Shown: positions 37,800-49,500 of the stretch, one piece after another
How the letters are laid out: each line of letters opens with the position of its first letter
Numbering within the stretch: the stretch's first letter is position 1
Assembly (NCBI RefSeq): GCF_006345805.1
Contig: NC_042998.1
Coordinates: 20,708,001 to 20,772,000, forward strand
Source of the DNA: Octopus sinensis
Taxonomy: Eukaryota
Direction of reading: 5' to 3'
DNA length: 64,000 bases
The notes under the pieces: generated by a model
Databases searched by the model: none
Told to the model about the DNA's origin: nothing
What the model saw: only the letters and a program-made list of their open reading frames with translations
Position numbers and translations under genes: made by a program

Positions 37800-37943
37800 T
37801 GTGTTGTGTGTTGTGTGTGTTGTGTGTGTGTGTGTGTGTGTTGTGTGTGTGTTGTGTGTGTGTGTGTGGTGTGGTGTGTGTGTGTGTGTGTGGTGTGTGT
37901 GTGTGTGTGTGTGTGGTGTGTGTGTGTGTGTGGTTGTGTGGGT

Positions 37944-37977
<34 letters not shown>

Positions 37978-38049
37978 GTGTGTGTGTGTGTGTGTTGTGT
38001 GTGTGTGTGTGTGTGTGTGGTGTTGGTGTGTGTGTGTGGTGTGTGTGTG

Positions 38050-38105
<56 letters not shown>

Positions 38106-41100
38106 TGTGTGTGTGTGTGCTTGAGTTTGGTAAAAATCTGTATTCAGGAATCCTACAAACAAAAATATATCTGAACAGTGCAAGACCTAATTTTGCACCT
38201 TTGACTTGTGATAACAAAGTAAGGCACTGATCTGGTAGAACCATTCGGCATCTGTGCAGGCACCACCTAAAAGTCACTGGTGCCGGCGTCACATAAAAGG
38301 CCCCTGTGCCAGCACCACATAATAAGCACCCAACCAGTACCACACAAAGAGCACCTGTGCTTACACTACATGAAAAGCACCCAATACACTGTGAAGTGGT
38401 TGGCATTAGGAAAGGCATACAGCTATAGAAACCATGCCAAAACAGATGACTGGAGCCAGGTGCAGCCCTCCAGTTCCTGTCAAACCTCTCCAACCAATAC
38501 CATCATGTAAAACAGGCATTAAATGATGAAGATGATGATTTAAAGCATTGGATAGAATGCCTTGCAGGTATTTGCTTTAGCTGTCTGACCTTCAGGTTAA
38601 GATTTCAACTTGTCTTTTATCAATTTGTAGTTAATGAAAAGTAAAAAGTCCAAGGCAATGGTTTAGTGGAATTATTAGAACATCTGAGAAAATGACTTGC
38701 AGTATTTGCTATGTCGCTTTATGTTCTAAGTTCAAATTCTACCTTCTATCATCAAGCTTCCTTGCACTGGAGAATAGGCCATTGAGGACGTGGCTGTCAA
38801 TGTTGGGCCTCCAATGTCAGCTGGAGTAGTATATCAATTAGAACAATGCTTTTGTCACATCAGTGCAAAAAACAAGGCAGCTCTAAGCCATACAGGATAA
38901 ATGGCAGAGTAGAAAAATAATTCAGACAGTGAGGAATGAGATTTGTCAAAGAGATGCCTATTATAGAGTTTACTCTGTTGTAAACATTCAACCAAATTTT
39001 CTGGTTCCATTCTTATTCACATTTTGTTTTTTCAGACACTGACCAAGAGGTTCTCGACCATTTTTTTTTTGTCAATGGACGCCTCTGATTTGTATTTTCC
39101 TCCAGTGGCCTCTTAAAGCCATTCAATATTTAAAAAGTCCTATTACATTTTTATAATTAAATCATCATCATCATTTAACGTCCGCTTTCCATGCCAGCAT
39201 GGGTTGGATGATTTGACTGGGGACTGGGGAACCAGATGGCTGTACCAGGCTTCAGTCTGATCTGGCAGAGTTTCTACAGCTGGATGCCCTTCCTAATTCC
39301 AACCACTCTGAGAGTGTAGTGGGTGCATTTACAAGGGCCTGTCAGGCGGTACTAGTAATGGTCACGAAAAAATCGTTTTTTGGGGGGGTTTTTTACATGT
39401 CACCTGCACATTGGCACAAGTGCCAGTAAGGCGATGCTGGTAACGATCACGCTCGAATGGTGCCTTTTATGTGCCACTGGTACGAACGCCAGTTAGCCGC
39501 TCTGGCAACGATCACACTCGGATGGTGCTCTTAGTGCTCCACTAGCACGGATGCCAGTCATCGAATTTGATTTCGATTTTAATAAATATTATTAGAAACT
39601 GTTGCCTCTGAAAATAAAATCACGATAGAAGGTTTTTTATGTAAATGTGAACACTTTAAGGTGGGTGGTTTCCTATGACAGAAGCAGAGATAGTTTGGAA
39701 AGAAAGGTTATCTAATTGAGTAAAATTGCACCTCCACCATTGGAATTATATTATTTTTCCCTGTGTGTAGTTCAGTTCTGTGTTAGTCTTATCTGCCACT
39801 GCATGTAGTTCAACTCCTCGTCACCATTGATATGTCCTGCATTATGATGACATAACTTTGTTGTCTGCATAACTGGCCTGTACGGCGAACCTCACCGACT
39901 GACACCACTTGCTGTGTCTGTCCACTATTTATCAGTAGTGCGACAGCCTACTTCTTACTTGGGGAAGTCCGCCACAACAGAAGCATAGCAAATGTTTAAC
40001 CAAACAAATTATAGCTATGATGAAAGAGTCTATGCTTTTCTTTCTATATTTCTATTAGCATTTATATATTGACATACAGTACAAACATATTATAAACAGT
40101 TTGTACATGTGTATATGTATATAAAATATTGTCATAATGCAGGACAAAGATTCTGTATGTATGCATGAATGTGTGTGTGTGCCTGTATGTGGATGAAGCT
40201 TAAAATGTTTTTGACTCATTATAACGTCTAATACACACACACACACAAATAAAACAGGATATAGCCAATTGACTTAATCCCATTATGTTACTGTAATACA
40301 TTAGTAAAATAAAGCATAGTCCATCTTTATAACATGAATATCATTATGCCTGGGATATGTTGACAACTAATGCATTTTTAATTATGCAAACAAAACCCGG
40401 AACCATCTAGGAAGCCAGTATTAGAAGCCAATGTTATCATTAGAAATAAGAGCAGACTGTGTTTAGTACCAAGTGCAAAGAGAATTTTTCAAATCCACAA
40501 AAGTTCAAGGATTTATAAAGAATTAAAAACAAAGGAAAGACAAAATTAAAAAAACACAAAACAAAGATTTTTAAGTGGCCAGTAAAATATGTATCTGATG
40601 GATAGAATAAAAAATTTAAAAAACTAGGTTTCTAGACTAGTGAATAGACATCTTACAGTAGCGGAGAAATAAAGTACAGTTGGACAATTTTTCAGCATAA
40701 CGCTAAGTGAGAGCCAAAGGTTTAACATGAAATGTTTATAAATAATGGTTGTGGTAATGGTGATGGTGATGATTTTTATTAACACCCACCCCTATACAGA
40801 ATGACAGGTAAACTAACCCTGATTAAATTTGAACAAAGAAACATCTTTCCTCTATTATGACGGCAGAAACCTTTTCTATCGTTTTTGCAATTAAACAGTT
40901 CAACAAGAAGTTGCCGCTTAGCCACCATTCCACATTTCTTATTTCTTTATTGCCCACAAGGGGCTAAACATTGAGGGGACAAACAAGGACAGACAAAGGG
41001 ATTAAGTCAATTACATCGACCCCAGTGCGTAACTGGTACTTATTTAATCGACCCAAAAAGGATGAAAGGCAAAGTCGACCTCGGTGGAATTTGAACTAAG

Positions 41101-44100
41101 AACGTAACGGCAGACGAAATACCGCTGAGCATTTTGCCCGGCATGCTAATGATTCTACCAGCTCGCCGCCTAATCCAGATTTCTATCAGTGGTTCAGTGG
41201 CAGTTGGAAGTATTTGTCTCAGGGGAAGGTAGTGGTATGTACAGTATCAACTGACTTCAACACTAGTCAACAACACTCCTGGCATGCGACTTCACACATC
41301 AAGATTCAACAAACAATTAGCCTTAACCAGGTTGACATTCCATTGCACGTTATTGATAGATATTGATGATCTAATTAGAAGACAATAAATGTGCGCCCAT
41401 GAACGGCATACACCTGGCAACGGCAGAAATGATCAAAATAAAAACAAAACATGATTCAACATGATTGAACACCCTGGCAATTGAGGACTCTAGCATTAAC
41501 CCTTTCGTTACCAACCCGGCTCTGACTCTGAGTATAAATGTCTTATTTTCATAAGTTCTGAATTAAAATCGTCCTCCAAACCTTAGTCCCAATTTATGTT
41601 CCTAACACTAGCTTAATGATAACCAAGTTATTTTATACTAAATTCTTTGTTATATTTAAAGTAATAGAAAGAAGCACAAAAACGAAAGGGTTAATCATGT
41701 TTCTAGATATCCTGGATATTCTATAGCATGTACAGAGACAACTTCACATCTGATCCCCAAAGACCAAACCTTATAAAAACCCCTGCTCACCGCTATGTCT
41801 TCTGGCTCTACATGAGTCCTAAAATAGGGTAGGGTTGCATCATGACTGTTTCAAATGCCACCTTATTGCACAAGATGAAATTAAGGGCAAATTCCAATCA
41901 CGCCAGCTAGCAAACACCCATACCTAAACTAGCAGAATTATTCAACAGTTTCAGGATACTGGAAATATTCCATGGCTGAAGCCATACTCTAAAAGTTACT
42001 TAAAAAAGCAAAAAAAAAAAGAGAGAGAGAGAAAGGTGTCATGATGTACTTGTACTTGTGGCGGTGTTCACCCAAGGTGGGTTGAGCCGGCTTCTTCTCT
42101 AGTCCTAATGGCATCACGAACCATGGTGGCCCACGCTCGACAGTCCTGTGCGAGGCCACTGGAGATAGCGAGCCATTCGCGGTTCCATCTGTGTAGACCG
42201 ACCACCTGCAGAGCTGAGGTGTCATGATGCACCAAACACTACAGACAAACCCCCCCACCCACATAGATAACAATGCTAATCAATCACCTGACAACAGATT
42301 ATTCTTAGATCATTGTATCTCATTGATCTCTAATTGGGAAATTTGTAATTCCCTTTAAATCTTTATATATGTATTAAGATATTTCGTTATTGAAAAGGTT
42401 GCAAGATGCAACGAAAATTTTAGGAAAATAAAAATAAGAAATAAGTGGAAATTTTACTGGTGAGTGTGTTACATAATAAGGCACAAAAAGAAAATGACTC
42501 TCCCCAGACACAACAGAATATGTATTAAGATATTTATATATGTATTAAGAACATTCACTTACTGTTAAAATAAGCAACAATTTTTACAGAAGGAGCATTT
42601 ACTGAGTACGTAATCTGATAAATGTCCAAACTTCAACATTTTCTAATGCAGGGTAAACAAACTGAGGCAGATATAGTCAAATATGAAGGGTGTAATAACC
42701 ACCAGATATCTCTAAGAGTTGATTAAACCTATGGAGTTCACTGACTGTTAAAAACTTTCCAACTAGTGAAATAAAGCTGCTTCTAAAACATCAAACATAT
42801 GCTGAATATCTTGGGGATAGAGTGACATCTTCTTTATATATAAAAGTGAAGTTGTGTGTCTGTCTCCTACGATTTAGATTCCTAACTACTCCCACATTTT
42901 GCGGTGCAGTGTAACCAAAAGTGGGTATCTTTAGTCGTGATTCATATCGAGCCCTTCTGGGTATCAGCGCGCGTCTACGATGAGTCTACAATTTAAAAAA
43001 AAATTTACCATCATTTTTTCCCATTTTTTTGCTATTATATAAGGGAAGTAACTCTCTAAAAATGTATTATTAAATCTCAGAACGTAAAAAGCTACAGTAA
43101 CACCCCCTTTGTGGTTAGCCATATTGAGATGGCTATTATACTTTACATCTCTAAAAATGCTTATATAGTTATTTCCCTTACAAACCCGAGCAACACCGGG
43201 CGATACTGCTAGTAATTAGATAATTTAAAAGAATCATGTCATAGAAATCAAAATAAGTTAAACAATATGTGGTTGTTTCAGCTGCTCTACATCAATTCTC
43301 TTTGGTACTCGTACAACTGCACTACGAATCTTCTTGCAGACCGTGAACTTGAACTTATCCCTAACCATTTTGTGATCACTATCACGATCAGCACCTCGCA
43401 ATACCCTGAAACTGCACAAATCTGGTAGGTCAGCTTTCAGAGTTAATACAAAGTCAACCATGTGACCTTGCTTTGAGCTTTGATCTTGATAACTTTAAGC
43501 ATCAACTTAATTACTTGCTTTAGACTTTAATATGGACTCTCTTTACTCTTTTACTTGTTTCAGTCATTTGACTGCGGCCATGCTTGAGCACCGCCTTTAG
43601 TTGAGCAAATCAACCCCAGGACCAATTCTTTGGAAGCCTAGTACTTATTTTATCGGTCTCTTTTGCCGAACTGCTAAGTTACGGGGATGTGAACACACCA
43701 GCATTGGTTGTCAAGCGATGTTGGGGGGACAAACACAGACACACAAATATATATACACACATACACATATATATATACAAATATACGGCAAGCTTCTTTC
43801 AGTTTCCGTCTACCAAATCCACTCACAAGGCTTTGGTCGGCCGAGGCCATAGTAGAAGACACTTGCCCAAGGAGCCATGCAGTGGGACTGAACCCGGAAC
43901 TATGTGGTTGGTAAGCAAGCTACTTACCACACAGTCATTCCTATGCCTAGACTGTATAATTTTTGCAAATGTTTAGTAAAAAAAAAAAAAAAAATTTATG
44001 CCTTTTCTATTGAAATTTCATCTGGGCAAGTAGAAGCAAGCAAAGTAATGTGCTTTATCTAATGTCACAATACAACGGCAATAGAGAAGGTTTGGACCCA

Positions 44101-46488
44101 ATAGTGGTCCCTTTGAGGGTAGCAATAAAGAAAAAGACAAAGAAAGGAATTAGCAGTGGACAAGCAGGAAGATATTTCAAAAGCAACAGCAACAACACTA
44201 GCAAGCAGACATGCAGGTTAGTATTTATTGTGGAAGCAGTAAGAATAGCTAAATCATGAACACACAGTGTAGAAGAGAAAGAAATACTTACCAGAAAATT
44301 GGCGGGACACTTTCATGCCGCATGCTGCAGACAAGTCATTTGAAGACAAACACACACATGCACAGAAGTAAATATATAATTAGTTAAAAACAAAATAAAA
44401 TTAAATAAAATTTAAAAAAAAAAAAAAAGAAGAAATAACGATTAAAGTGGTTGATCGTCACATCTTGGATTTCATGAATAGTAAAAGCATGCAGGGCAAG
44501 TTTAAGACAAGGCAACCGAAATTTAGAATAAATAACAAGACAACAGGGAAGCAAAGAGAAAAACAATACATTCCGCTATCACTTTGCTTCACCTATTATT
44601 GACCCTTTTTATTGAATGCAAATCTAATGCTTGTCCCATATTATAGACATAACTATAACATATTATAACACTTGTCCTATATTATAGACATAACTATAAC
44701 ATATTATAACACTTGTCCCATATTATAGACGTAACTATTACATATTATAACACTTGTCCTATATTATAGACATAACTATAACATATTATAACACTTGTCC
44801 CATATTATAGACATAACTATAACAAAGTAAACATTTAGAATTTTTTTTTTTAGTGACAATAACCCTTTCATTAAAGGTAACTTTGCCCTGAAATTTAGAA
44901 ATTAAAAGAGACATCCATAATTTATTGAAGAAGCTACATTGAGTGACCACATAGTTCATCATATTTATCATTTTATGTCCATTTCCCATGCTGGCACGGG
45001 CTGGATGGTTTAGTAGGCATGGTTTCTACTGCTGGATGCCCTTCCTAATGCCCTTGGTTTAAATGCTAAAGGGGTAATCTCCATTTTCCATACTGGCATG
45101 AGTTATACAGTCTAACAGGAACCGGTAAGCCACAAGCCTGTGCCAAGCTCCAGTCTGTTTTTTCATGGTTTCCATGGATGAATGCACTTTTTAATGCTAA
45201 CCATTTACAGAATTCATGTGGCACCAGCAAAATTACCAAGTAACAATGTTTATCAAAATCTATTATTGTGGTGTGTTTGTAAATACTGTAAGCTTACTAT
45301 GCAAAGGAAGATATAGTACAGTCAATCCAATGGGTTTTCACACTGTTTCAGTCAACTAGTTTTCACTCAGAATGCTAGGGGTCAACCCAGGCTATAGTAG
45401 AAGACCAAAGTACTGTGCAGCAAAATCAAACAGTCTTTCATCTACATTAACTCTTTAGTGTTTAAACTGGCCAAATCCGGCCCAATATATTCTACATATT
45501 TTATATTCAAACTGGCCATATCTAGCCTCTCACACCTAACCTACAGTGACATTCTAAAAATAAACAATCACAACATTGAAACCTCAAAGTTATAAGGTAA
45601 TGCATGATTAATTCAAAACAATTTAAATAAAAAAGCATTACATCTGTAGTGATCCTATACAACGGCGCGCGCTCGCGCACCGTCCATTTGTATTTCGCGC
45701 GTGCGGGGTTGGTGCTTTCACCACCGGAAGAAGAACCCTTTTGCCTACGTAGCAGTTAGCCGAGGCAAGGGGGTCGTAAGACGTTGACCACCAGCGTCCA
45801 GCAAGCAGCGACTTGAGACAGCAGCGACTGAAGGCGACAGTCACGTATATTTTTTCTCCGTCCGAACTTGATTCTAGCAGCACCATACCAAAAGGCCTTT
45901 AACCAAATTGTTGCAGACCACATCTTCTCCCTGTTCCGGACGCCATCTTTGACCAGTGTCGTTTTGCATTTGAACACTTTCTTATTTTACAGCGATAAGG
46001 TTCAGCACTGACACATTTATACCAAAGGGATACCAGATAACCACTTATTGTTACTGTTACCACATTAGAGAATAAAGTAGTATATATATCTTTTACGTCT
46101 GCGTCTTGTTGTTTCTGACTGGTAGAGAATCTGGATTATTAAAGCAACGGCTAGTGATTGCCTCTTGTACCCCGAAAGTACAAGAGAAGATATATTCACA
46201 CTAAAGTTCGTTTCACATTTAACAGAGTAATCTGAACACTAAAGGGTTAAGTGGACAATGAAATTCTCCAGAAAAATCTGCATCTGCTCATTTCCTCAGT
46301 AAGAAAAGATTAAAGTTGATGTTGGACAAGAGTTTCTTCTACTCAACTTCAGAACAATATCAAGTCTACTCAACCTCACCTCTTACCAACATTTCCAGTG
46401 AGAAGAGGAGTGTTCGTAACCTTAAGGATCAATTGCTTTTATTTTAAAGTACTTGATTGTTTCATGTCTGAGGGGATTTATTTTGTAC

Positions 46489-46525
<37 letters not shown>

Positions 46526-49500
46526 CAGTGTACATTTAAACACATAAGAGGCATCCATCATAGGATACCTTGCACGCTAGAGAGAACAGTTAAATCCCAA
46601 ACCACTATAGGGATAAAATTTTGAAAGCATGGAAAACGGACGTTAAACGATGATGATGATGATAATGTCACTGTCATTCAAAGAAACAAAAATATTGATT
46701 TTTATGCACTTAAATGAAATAAATAAATAAATTTTAAAATCTTAGTAATTTTTAACTGGATCAAAAAAAGTTAAGATGACATAGTTATGAATAATATAAA
46801 GACTACTAAGTGACAGAAGCTCATAAAATCCCCTTATAATTATTATCAGAGTGGGAGGGGAAAACCTCCTCGAACAGATTCTTATCTACTTTAGGCACAA
46901 GGCCTGAAATGGGGGGGGGGGGCAGTCAATTAGATTAGTATGCAACTGGTACTTTATTCATTGACACCGTAAGGATGAAAGGCAAAGATGACCTCGGCAG
47001 AATTTGAACTCAGAACGTAAAGACAGATGAAATACCACTAAGCATTTCACCTGGTATGCTAACATTTTTTATTTCTTTACTGCTCACAGGGGGCTACACA
47101 CAGAGGGGACAAACGGATTAAGTTGATTACATCGACCCCAGTGCATAACTGGTACTTATTTAATCGACCCCAAAAGGATGAAAGGCAAAGTCAACCTTGG
47201 TGGAATTTGAACTCAGAATGTAGCAGCAGATGAAATACTGCTAAGCATTTGTCAGCTCATTGCCTTCCTTGAATTTAATATTCTTTTCTACTCTAGGCAC
47301 AAGGCCCAAAATGTATGGGGAGGGTCCAGTCAGTTAGACTAACCCCAGTATGCAACTGATACTTAATTTATCAACCCCAAAAGGATGAAAGGCAAAGTCA
47401 ACCATGGCAGAATTTGAACTCAGAACACAAAGACAGACGAAATACCACTAAGCATTTCGCCTGGCATGCTAGTGTTTCTGTTAGCTCTGTTGAACAGATT
47501 GAAAGTAAAAAAAAAAAAGAAAATTTATTCACATATCAACATGACAAAGAAAAAGGTAAAAAACAAAACTATTTAAACATGCAGAACCAAAAAAGATATG
47601 ATATGGACATGCTATAACATAGTAAAAAAAAAAAAAAATCAACTGAGTCATCATTGGTATTTAGGAGTCTAAATGCCAAAATAACTGTTACATTCTTGAG
47701 CATTTTTTAATTCTCCTAAGATTTACAAACTTTATTGCTGTCAAACTTATAAATTAAAAAAAAAACTGACAAATTTCTCAAGTTCAGAATTCCAATATTT
47801 TTCTAGACTAAAACCCAAGAGAGGAAAAACATTTAATTCTAAGATTTTCTTTTAAATATGAAATTGAAATTCAAGCTTAAACTAATACAGTACCGAACCT
47901 CTTATTTAGCTTCAAGAAATCCAGAATTTCCAGAAATCCGAAAATACTGTGCGATCATCATCATTTAACATCCATTGTCCATGTTGGCATGGTTTGACCA
48001 GGGCTGGTAAGCTGGAAGGCTGCACCAGACTCCAGTCTGATTTGGCGTGGTTTCCTAGGGTTGGATGCCTTTCCTAATGCCAACCACTCCGAGGGTGTAA
48101 TGGGTGCTTTTACATGCCACCAGGACAGGTGCCATGTGCACGACACCTGGGTGCTTTTACATGCCACTGGCATGGGTGCCAATTTGTGTGACACCGGTAT
48201 CTTCCACTACTGTGATTTTGCTCAGCTTGATGGATCTTCTTCTTAAGCACATAATGCCAAAGGTTTCAGTCATTGCCTCCATGAAGTCCAAAGCTCGAAA
48301 GGAATTCAGCCACTTTGCCCCTGCGAGGCCCAATGCTCAAAAGGAACTCACCCACTTTGCTCCTGTGAGGCTCAATGCTTGAATGATATTCTTTACATGC
48401 CACCAGCATGGCTGGACTTGGCTTGATGGGTCCTCTCAAATATAGCACATTGCCAAAGGTCTCATTCACTAGTCATTACCTCTGTGAGGCTCAAAGTTCG
48501 AAGATCATGCCTCACCACCTAGTTCTATGTCTTCCTGAGTCTACCTCTGCCACAGGTTCCCTCCACAGTTAGAGATTGGCACTTCTTTACACAACTGTCC
48601 TCGTCCATATGCAACACATGACCATACCAGCACAGTCATCTCTCAAAAGCACCATATCTGATGCCTCTTATGCCTAACTTTTCTCTCAAGATGCTTACAC
48701 TCTGTTGAACATGCACACTTACATTACACTGCAATATATTGCACTCTGTACTGAGTATACGGACCCTGCTTTTGAAGTTGGTTAATTTGCACGAGGAGTG
48801 TTAAAAATAATTTTGTTCTTTACTTTTTGAAGTGGACTGATAAAGATTAATCCTTGTAATGCTCATTTACCCACATTATCATGCATTAACTCATAGCTTT
48901 GAGATTTTTAGAGACATTGTATGGTAAGTGTGAAAAGCAGAATCTGGCCAGTTTGAACATAAAACAGGTAGAATATTTGAGCCAGATGCAGAAAACCTGT
49001 ATCTGTTAAATAAAATCATGCCTTGCATTTTAATTTTCATCCTACAAACATACTGTATACTTGATACAGTATGATATATCATTATATATATCATGATACA
49101 GTATGATAACATAAATATTATACTGTATACATGATACAGTATGATATAACAAGAGGATTAATAAATATCAAACAGAAATCTATTAATTTGAATCTGTTCA
49201 ATACAATTTAGCTCTTCACTTTCCATTTTTCATTTTATATTTTAAGTATATATTTAGACTCTCTCCAGAAAAGCAGACATTCCAATCTCAAGTTCCCCTC
49301 CTCTAATTCCCCTTCCCCTCCTTTGTCTTGCAAGTTACTTGGTGACCCCACCAGTGCTGGTGCCACTTAAAAAGCATCCAGCCCACACTGTAAAGTGGTT
49401 GGTGTTAGGAAGGGCATCCAGCCATTAAAATCCCTGCCAAAACAGACACAGAAGTCTGGTGCAGGCTCCTGCCTGGCCAGTTCCTGTCAAATCGTCCAAC

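Noticed and set aside
37630-38493. 287-aa and other His/Thr- or Cys/Val-rich ORFs
   Set aside because: Translations of the (GT)n microsatellite; open in most frames because the repeat lacks stop codons.
45638-45977. Tyrosine-recombinase or Helitron helicase motifs in the ORFs (AGRWWSTSY, YVTVAFSR)
   Set aside because: Only short motif-like matches in different frames; a solo LTR explains the boundaries better.
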